Source: Chloroflexota bacterium
Lineage (GTDB): Bacteria; Chloroflexota; Limnocylindria; P2-11E
Assembly (NCBI GenBank): GCA_031389835.1
Contig: JANMSU010000040.1
Span: 1-31,889 of the forward strand
Direction of reading: 5' to 3'
Length of the DNA: 31,889 nucleotides
Below the pieces are notes generated by a model that saw nothing but the letters and a program-made list of their open reading frames with translations, was not told where the DNA came from and searched no databases. Both the position numbers and the translations under genes were made by a program. Numbering within the stretch: the first letter of the stretch is position 1; each line of letters opens with the position of its first letter. This document shows positions 25,989-31,889 of this stretch, in pieces.

Positions 25989-27020
25989 GTGACTCGGAGT
26001 GTCGTAGCGCTGACGCTCGTCGCGCAGCTCCTCGCGGCGTGCAGTGGGGGCGCGCCTTCGTCGGCGAGCCCGACGGCACTCGCGGCGACCGGCCCGACGG
26101 CTTCGCCGGCCCCGCGTTCGACCGCGCCCGCCGCGCGCGGATATCACGCTTTGATCGGGCTCGGTGACCGCGGTGTGCTTCTCGTCGGGGGCTCGACCGC
26201 GATACCCAGACTCGGCGGGAAGGCACTCGCAGATCCATGGATATTCCGACGAGGCAAGTGGGTCGCCGCCGATGGCGGCATCGCACCCGTGCTCGCCGAT
26301 GCGTACGCGTACGACGCGAGATCCGGACGCGCGATTGTGTTGGCGTTCCCGTTCTCGGCGTTCGACCAGGTGAGTGCGAGCGCGACATGGACCTACGATC
26401 CGGCCGCTGACCGGTGGGAAGAGCGACCGCAAACGGGCCGGCCGTCGCCGTTCGACGCCGCACGTGGTGCCTACGACCGGAGGGCGGATCGGCTCATCGT
26501 TCTGGACACCAACGGCGACACCTGGTCATACGACGTCGACACGGGCGGGTGGACGAATCGGCTCCCGCAAACCCGTCCGTCGGGCCGGCGCTATTACGCG
26601 TTGGCGTACGACGACGCGTCGGACCGAACCATCCTCTTCGGCGGCGGGCAACTGGCGGACACCTGGGCGTATGACTTCGGCGCGAACACTTGGACGGAAA
26701 TGCGTCCGGCGAAGAACCCGCCGGGAAGGCTCTATCACGCGATGGCCTACGACCCCAAGAGCGATCGGATGATCCTGTTCGGCGGGGCCGGCTTGGGCGA
26801 GAAGCCACTTGGGGACACCTGGACCTACGACTACGACACGAACACGTGGGCCGAGCTCACACCGCAGCCGACGGCGAGCGCGCGCGGCTGGCACGCGATG
26901 GCCTACGACTCGGACTCGGGCGCGATCGTCCTCTTCGGCGGCGGCGTTGACCGTGGGCAATTCATGAGTGACACATGGGTCTTCGATCCGACACGCCGTG
27001 TCTGGTCAAGCGTCCCCTAG
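25989..27020 (+). CDS. Kelch-repeat beta-propeller lipoprotein
   Basis: Signal peptide with lipobox LAAC, Pro/Ala/Ser linker, repeats P.GR.YHAMAYD..SDRMILFGG....DTW.YD...NTW; start TTG 25983 or GTG 25989. Confidence 0.88.
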   Translation: MTRSVVALTLVAQLLAACSGGAPSSASPTALAATGPTASPAPRSTAPAARGYHALIGLGDRGVLLVGGSTAIPRLGGKALADPWIFRRGKWVAADGGIAPVLADAYAYDARSGRAIVLAFPFSAFDQVSASATWTYDPAADRWEERPQTGRPSPFDAARGAYDRRADRLIVLDTNGDTWSYDVDTGGWTNRLPQTRPSGRRYYALAYDDASDRTILFGGGQLADTWAYDFGANTWTEMRPAKNPPGRLYHAMAYDPKSDRMILFGGAGLGEKPLGDTWTYDYDTNTWAELTPQPTASARGWHAMAYDSDSGAIVLFGGGVDRGQFMSDTWVFDPTRRVWSSVP

Positions 27021-27132
27021 AGGGACGCCCGCTCGAACAAGGCGCGCATACGCCACCTCGTGCCAGCGCTGTTTTGAGGGGCCCACCGCGGTTCCCGTGC
27101 AGCGAAATCGGCTACTCGCGCGTCTACTGTGC

Positions 27133-27639
27133 GTGGTGGCTGACGTCGAGGCGACCAGGAGTCAGGCCAAGCCCGCCGAGGCCGCGTGGGAAGCTGTGTA
27201 CGAGCGCACTCGACCGTCGCTCGTGCGCGCCCTCAGTGCGGCGACCGGCAGCTACGACGGCGTCGAGGACGCGATCCAGGATGCCTTCGGTGCGGCCCTG
27301 CGGCGCTCGCCGTCGCGCCTCGCGAACGTCGAAGGTTGGCTCTTCACGATCGCGCTCAACCGGTTGCGTAGTCATCATCGCCGCGCGCGGGTCCTCCGAC
27401 GCCTCGGCCTCATGTCCGCGCCGCGCGAGTCCGAGCTCGATCGCGCGCTGCAGCGCGCGGACATCCGCCGTGTCCTCGACGCGCTCACGCGCCGCGAACG
27501 TGAGCTGCTGCTCGCGAAGCACTACGTCGGGATGACGCAGGACGAGATCGCGGCCTACATGCATCTGCCCCGCGGCACCGTGTCCGCGGCGATCAGCCGT
27601 GCGGCCGCGCGGTTCCGCGATCTGGAGGGACACCGATGA
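27133..27639 (+). CDS. ECF (sigma70 group 4) RNA polymerase sigma factor
   Basis: Region 2 EDAIQDAF...GWLFTIALN, region 4 LTRRERELL...MTQDEIAAYMHLPRGTVSAAISRA; start GTG 27133 or 27136. Confidence 0.92.
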   Translation: MVADVEATRSQAKPAEAAWEAVYERTRPSLVRALSAATGSYDGVEDAIQDAFGAALRRSPSRLANVEGWLFTIALNRLRSHHRRARVLRRLGLMSAPRESELDRALQRADIRRVLDALTRRERELLLAKHYVGMTQDEIAAYMHLPRGTVSAAISRAAARFRDLEGHR

Positions 27640-28874
27640 GCGAGCCAATCGAGCACGACGAGATCGCGCATCGTCTGGTGATAGCGCTCGACGCATTGCC
27701 GGTCCCGGAGGAGCCGACCGGTCTGCGCGCAACGGCGACGCCGTCGCTCGTCCGCGTTCCGAACATGTTGCTAGCTGCCGCGCTGCTGCTCGTGCTGATC
27801 ACGGCGGTGACCTCGCCGCAGTTTCAGCGTGCCGCCGCCGAGCTCACGAGATACATGGAGCGGATCCTCGTCGCTCCGGAGTGGGTCGGCTATTACCACG
27901 ATCACACCGCGGGCGACAGTGCGGTGCCGGTGCGGCTGCAGGTCGCGTCGGGCGACGCTCACGGCCGACAGACGACGCCGGACATGGTCGGCCCGCTCGT
28001 GTACCACGGCCCGTGGTCGCCAGACCGCCAGCACATCATCGTGAGCAACCGCAGCCAGCTGTACCTGGGTGATCAGTCCGGCAGGCTTCGGCCGATCGCC
28101 GACGTGGGTGACGGTTACACCGCAAGACCGTTGGGCTGGATCGGCCGCGACACGGTCCTGGCCATCGTGTCCGCGACACCGGGCGGCGCGGCAACGCACG
28201 AGGCGTACAAACCGTCATACGTCACAGTCGACGTGAGAACCGGCGCGCTCGAGCGCCACATCGACGAAAACTTCCCTGCGCACGCATTCTGGATGGCGCC
28301 CGGCGGACGGTGGACAGCCGTGGGCGTCGGGCCGTCCGACGCGATCGAGTGCGGATTCATCGAAAAGCTGTACGACCTCGTGACCCGCCAGTTCGTCGAC
28401 ATCGTCGACGCGAGCGGTCGTTCCGCGAGGGCGTTCGGCTTCCTTCGCGATGGCCGGATCGTGATCGGTCAATGCGATCGCGAGGCCGGCACGCTGGAGC
28501 TCTACGTGGGCACACCTGGCGCGCGCCCGAGCCCGATCGCCGTTGTACCGATCGCCGTGCGCCGCCCGGTGCTCGCGTTGGGCTCCGTGAACGACGAGAT
28601 CTTTGTCATCGCGTCCGGACCCGCGGCGCCGCAGAACGCGTACGTCTTCGATCCGTCGGGCCGTCTGCTTCGGAGGATGCTGCTACCGCGGCTCGCGTCG
28701 GCGGGGGCGATGGCGGCGGGACTCTCGGGCGACGGCAGATTCATGAGCTTCGACGTGGATGCCCCGGTGCGCCCTGGCGAGGAGTGGGCTTACCGTGCGG
28801 GCGTGGTCGATCTTAGGACCGGCGCCGTCACGTACTTGTGCGACAGCGGGTGCGACTACCTCTACCTCAGATAG
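27636..28874 (+). CDS. Putative anti-sigma factor: short cytoplasmic N-terminus, one TM, extracytoplasmic beta-propeller-like domain
   Basis: ATGA overlap with the ECF; TM MLLAAALLLVLITAV; repeats such as WSPDRQHI, MAPGGRW, LSGDGRF; no HxxxCxxC motif seen. Confidence 0.7.
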   Translation: MSEPIEHDEIAHRLVIALDALPVPEEPTGLRATATPSLVRVPNMLLAAALLLVLITAVTSPQFQRAAAELTRYMERILVAPEWVGYYHDHTAGDSAVPVRLQVASGDAHGRQTTPDMVGPLVYHGPWSPDRQHIIVSNRSQLYLGDQSGRLRPIADVGDGYTARPLGWIGRDTVLAIVSATPGGAATHEAYKPSYVTVDVRTGALERHIDENFPAHAFWMAPGGRWTAVGVGPSDAIECGFIEKLYDLVTRQFVDIVDASGRSARAFGFLRDGRIVIGQCDREAGTLELYVGTPGARPSPIAVVPIAVRRPVLALGSVNDEIFVIASGPAAPQNAYVFDPSGRLLRRMLLPRLASAGAMAAGLSGDGRFMSFDVDAPVRPGEEWAYRAGVVDLRTGAVTYLCDSGCDYLYLR

Positions 28875-29144
28875 CCGAGCCGTGCGTTACTACCCAGGAC
28901 TGAGTTTAGCGGCGCATTGCTAGGAATCGGGTTCGCGCCACGAATGGCCAGCGACTTCCGTCTAATCGACCCATGGTCTAACGGACACGTCCTCTCCACG
29001 TGAGACCTTGCGCAAACCGGGTGCACATGGTCTAGGAAGGACAATGGTCGAGGAGTTTCGATACTGCGTGAGAGAGCAATGGTCTCGTCGATGTCGTGCC
29101 CGATCGCGTAGACCATAGCTCAGGCAGCGCACATAGTCCTCCAA

Positions 29145-29165
29145 ACCATTGCTCGCGCAGACGTT
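29145..29165. repeat. Direct repeat copy 2: ACCATTGCTCGCGCAGACGTT
   Basis: 20/21 identical to 25675-25695; first 10 nt are the reverse complement of tRNA-Phe 29225-29234. Confidence 0.75.
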
Positions 29166-29203
29166 CGATCCGCGTGCGGGTTTCCGAGTAAAATGAGGCT
29201 CTC

Positions 29204-29276
29204 GCCGAGGTAGCTCAGTTGGTAGAGCAATGGTCTGAAGAACCATGTGTCGCCAGTTCAATTCTGGCCCTCGGCA
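29204..29276 (+). tRNA. tRNA-Phe (GAA)
   Basis: GCCGAGG/CCTCGGC acceptor, ATGGT-CT-GAA-GA-ACCAT anticodon arm (G37), AGTTCAATTCT T arm; TAAAAT at 29189-29194; no CCA. Confidence 0.96.
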
Positions 29277-29292
29277 CAGATTGGCATGGCCG

Positions 29293-31473
29293 ATGCGCCA
29301 AACTCCAAGCGTGCCGCAGCGGCGGTCCTATGGTCGCGCCACCGTAAGGCTGCTTGCCCTGTCGGTCGCTGTCCTCTCGGCCTGCTCGTCGCTCTTCCCG
29401 ACGGCCAGCCCCGGACCCTCGGAGGTGGCCGCGTCGGCGGCACCGAGCCCGACTCCTTCACCGACGCCGCGTCCGCTGACCGACGTGCGCTCCGTCGGTG
29501 TGTTCGGCGCGAGTGTCGCCGCGAGTGGCGCGTTCAGCGGGCCCGGCAAATCGCAGATCGCGCTGTTGCAGGATCCGCTTCGCGACTCGAGTGTGAAGAT
29601 CACCGTCCGTGAGGCCAACGCGGATGGCGAGACGTTCTCCGATACGACCTGGCTCACGACTGCCCCACGCTCTTTCAACCTCGCGCGCGCGAAGTTTGCG
29701 GTCGCGGACCTGACGTTCGACGGCAAAGACGATCTCGTCGCGCTGTTCGACGCAGGTGAGCACCGTTCCAAGCTGTACGTCTTCAAGTCCACGGGAACGG
29801 CGTTCATGCCACCCGAAGAGTGGTGGGGCGGTGACGAGTACCTCTGGAGCCGCGCGCGCTACGTGATGGCCGGCAAGTTCGCGCCGGGCGATCGCGACGC
29901 GGTGCTCGTCGCGTACCAGAACGAAGACTTCGACATGCGAATCCACTACTTCGAGTCGAGCGGCACGAAGCTGACGTTCGGCGGCACGCAGGGCGTCATT
30001 GCGTCCGGGCGCCAGAAGGTCGACCTCTCGAAGGTGCGCTTCGCCGTTGGGCGCTTCACGCGCTCTTCTGGCGCGCACCAACTCGCAGCGCTGCACCAGC
30101 AGCCGAATTCGCGGGTGTACGTGGACATCTTTGACGCGACGCCGACCGGACTCGTGCTGCAGTCGAAGGTGTACGAGACAGCCGAGGGCGAATACGACCT
30201 GGGCCGCGCATCGATCGTCGCCGCCGACGTTACCGGTGACTTCAAGGACGACCTTCTGTCGATCTACGGAGACGCCGACGGCAGCGCGAAGGTCCACGTG
30301 TTCGACGCAGCGGCCTCCTTCAAGCCTTCGAACAGCTGGACCGGCTGGGCCACGCTGCCACCGGCCTCGGCGTGTGCAGGCGCGACGGCGTTGCTCGTCG
30401 GCGACTGGAACGGCGACCGCAGGGTCGATGCGCTTGGACTCGCGCCGACGGACGGCGTGCAGGCGCGCAGCGCGCTGCTGCGCAATCTCGGCACGTCGTT
30501 CAGGCTGACGGCCACGACCGAAGCGGTGCTCTGCCCGCGCTGGCCACTCACCGGCCTTCCGCTCGGTGGCGGCTCCGCGACGAAACGCCCGCTGTATGTG
30601 AAGATCGACAACAACCCGACCGCCCGGCCGCATTACGGCATCCGCTTCGCCGATCAGGTCTACGAATGGCTCGTCGAGGGTCTCACGACGCGACTTGCGG
30701 CCGTGTACCAGTCACGCGACCCCGACGTGCTCGGTTCGGTGCGAAGCGTGCGCATGACCGACCTGCCGATCGTGCCGAGCCTAGATGGCGCGCTTGTGTA
30801 TTCGGGTGGCGGCCCCGAGGAGCTCATGTCGCTGAACTACGACGACGCCGTCGCGCAGCGATACATCGACCTTCGGCCAAATTACGGATGGGGCTACCGC
30901 GTGAATTTCCGCCCCGCCCCGTACAACTACTTCACGACGAACCAGGCCCTCCAGGGTGCGATCCTTGCCGCGCCGGACGCGGATCAGCCGGCGCGAGTTG
31001 CCCCATGGGACTTCCTTCCGCCAACCGTGTCCGACCCGCTCGCGGGTGGGTTCGCCACGAGCGTGGCCGCGAGCGCGATCACGATCCCCTATCGGGCGCT
31101 GTTCGGGGTCAGCTATCAATACGACGCGGGGTCGCGCACGTACGCGCGGTTCAATAACGGCCTGCGGGAGATCGATGGGGAGAATCGCGAGCCGGTTGCC
31201 GCGAAGAACATCGTCGTGATCCTGACCAACGTGTATTTCACGAGCGCGTTCGGACTCGACCCCGCGGGCAACCAGAAGCTTGATATGGCCCTCACCGGCA
31301 CGGGACCGGGCATCGTCTTCCGCGATGGCCGCCGTCAGGAAGTCACCTGGACGCGCCCGGACATCTTCGACGTCTTCACGCTGACCAATAGTGCTGGCGA
31401 ATCGGTGCGGCTCGCGCCGGGCCAGACGTGGATCCAGATCGTGCCGAATGACTGGACGATCCCGAGCCAGTAG
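29293..31473 (+). CDS. Lipoprotein with FG-GAP-like repeats fused to DUF3048 (YerB-like) domains
   Basis: Lipobox VLSAC, Pro/Ser/Thr linker, repeats ADLTFDGKDDL, ADVTGDFKDDL, GDWNGDRRVDA; C-terminal RPLYVKIDN...ARPHYGI..ADQVYE..VEG..TR, GSVRSVR, PGQTWIQIV. Start approximate. Confidence 0.85.
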   Translation: MRQTPSVPQRRSYGRATVRLLALSVAVLSACSSLFPTASPGPSEVAASAAPSPTPSPTPRPLTDVRSVGVFGASVAASGAFSGPGKSQIALLQDPLRDSSVKITVREANADGETFSDTTWLTTAPRSFNLARAKFAVADLTFDGKDDLVALFDAGEHRSKLYVFKSTGTAFMPPEEWWGGDEYLWSRARYVMAGKFAPGDRDAVLVAYQNEDFDMRIHYFESSGTKLTFGGTQGVIASGRQKVDLSKVRFAVGRFTRSSGAHQLAALHQQPNSRVYVDIFDATPTGLVLQSKVYETAEGEYDLGRASIVAADVTGDFKDDLLSIYGDADGSAKVHVFDAAASFKPSNSWTGWATLPPASACAGATALLVGDWNGDRRVDALGLAPTDGVQARSALLRNLGTSFRLTATTEAVLCPRWPLTGLPLGGGSATKRPLYVKIDNNPTARPHYGIRFADQVYEWLVEGLTTRLAAVYQSRDPDVLGSVRSVRMTDLPIVPSLDGALVYSGGGPEELMSLNYDDAVAQRYIDLRPNYGWGYRVNFRPAPYNYFTTNQALQGAILAAPDADQPARVAPWDFLPPTVSDPLAGGFATSVAASAITIPYRALFGVSYQYDAGSRTYARFNNGLREIDGENREPVAAKNIVVILTNVYFTSAFGLDPAGNQKLDMALTGTGPGIVFRDGRRQEVTWTRPDIFDVFTLTNSAGESVRLAPGQTWIQIVPNDWTIPSQ

Positions 31474-31610
31474 CGCGCTGCGGTTAGGCGATCACGAACT
31501 TTGCCGCGGACCTTACGCCTCGACGCTGCCGGCCTTGAGCTAAGCGCGCGAATCGGCGCCGAGGAATCGACTAAGTAGCATCTTACAACGGAGAGGGGTG
31601 GAATCGTCAC

Positions 31611-31787
31611 GTGAAGCGCTTAACCGTCGATCAGGTGGCGGAAAGACTCGACCGGCATCCGGAGCTTGTGCGGCGCTGGCTTCGGGCAGGGCGGCTTCGG
31701 GGAGAGCGGATCGGCTGGAGCTGGTTGATCACGCCATCAGAAGTCGAGCGCTTCAAGCGTGCCCAGCCTCGAAGACGGGGGCGTTAA
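31611..31787 (+). CDS. Excisionase/Xis-like helix-turn-helix protein (58 aa)
   Basis: Not in ORF track. MKRLTVDQVAERLDRHPELVRRWLRAGRLRGERIGWSWLITPSEVERF matches the HTH_17-type pattern; GGAGAGG upstream. Confidence 0.8.
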   Translation: MKRLTVDQVAERLDRHPELVRRWLRAGRLRGERIGWSWLITPSEVERFKRAQPRRRGR

Positions 31788-31790
31788 CGG

Positions 31791-31796
31791 TATAAT
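31791..31796 (+). promoter_or_regulatory. -10 box TATAAT for tRNA-Gly
   Basis: Perfect consensus hexamer in GC-rich DNA, 20 nt before the tRNA. Confidence 0.6.
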
Positions 31797-31816
31797 CTCG
31801 TCTCAGCAGGGTTCTC

Positions 31817-31888
31817 GCGGAAGTGGCGCAGCGGTAGCGCACGTCCTTGCCAAGGACGGGGTCGCGGGTTCGAATCCCGTCTTCCGCT
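31817..31888 (+). tRNA. tRNA-Gly (GCC)
   Basis: GCGGAAG/CTTCCGC acceptor, CGTCC-TT-GCC-AA-GGACG, GGTTCGAATCC, discriminator T; window ends one base later. Confidence 0.96.
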
Positions 31889-31889
31889 C

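Noticed and set aside
26736-26909. 18-bp direct repeat CACGCGATGGCCTACGAC (26736 and 26892)
   Set aside because: Both copies encode HAMAYD in adjacent Kelch blades; not CRISPR or an att site.
28862-29116. Minus-strand ORF containing LDHVHP as an HNH nuclease
   Set aside because: No downstream N...C..CN motif and no coherent HNH spacing; likely chance.
31474-31600. tmRNA, SRP RNA or c-di-GMP riboswitch in the gap before the HTH gene
   Set aside because: Only short fragments (GGCAAA, an AAKFVIA-stop frame) resemble them; the required tRNA-like ends or paired stems are absent. An Rfam scan would settle it.
1-31889. CRISPR array, rRNA, IS element or intrinsic terminators
   Set aside because: No regularly spaced repeats, rRNA-like sequence, transposase or integrase ORFs, or clear hairpin-plus-poly-T terminators were found by eye.

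Overview
High-GC bacterial chromosomal window with no complete mobile element. Gene content and style resemble high-GC Chloroflexota (inference only). Left half: partial IclR regulator (minus strand, not in the ORF track), uvrC, a DUF2089-HTH / DUF4097 / SHOCT-like / ABC-exporter / YvlD-type envelope-stress-like cluster, rapZ, a shortened whiA, tpiA, gpmI, a GT-C-like membrane protein, secG and an orphan family-5 solute-binding protein. Middle: a double-motif LAGLIDADG endonuclease gene split by one in-frame TAG directly upstream of tRNA-Leu(CAG), then M55 aminopeptidase, FAD oxidoreductase, a small membrane ORF, a selenocysteine-containing selD (in-frame UGA plus SECIS-like hairpin, broken in the ORF track) overlapping a MATE transporter, and tRNA-Leu(GAG). 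Right half: GAF-GAF-GGDEF cyclase head-to-head with a CxxC/CxxC protein, small hypotheticals, tRNA-Val, a polymerase-less PolX-type PHP protein, a VOC protein, a Kelch lipoprotein / ECF sigma / anti-sigma cassette bracketed by a 21-bp near-perfect direct repeat, tRNA-Phe, an FG-GAP-like/DUF3048 fusion lipoprotein, a Xis-like HTH gene and tRNA-Gly at the window edge. All product calls come from motif recognition by eye; no database searches were run.
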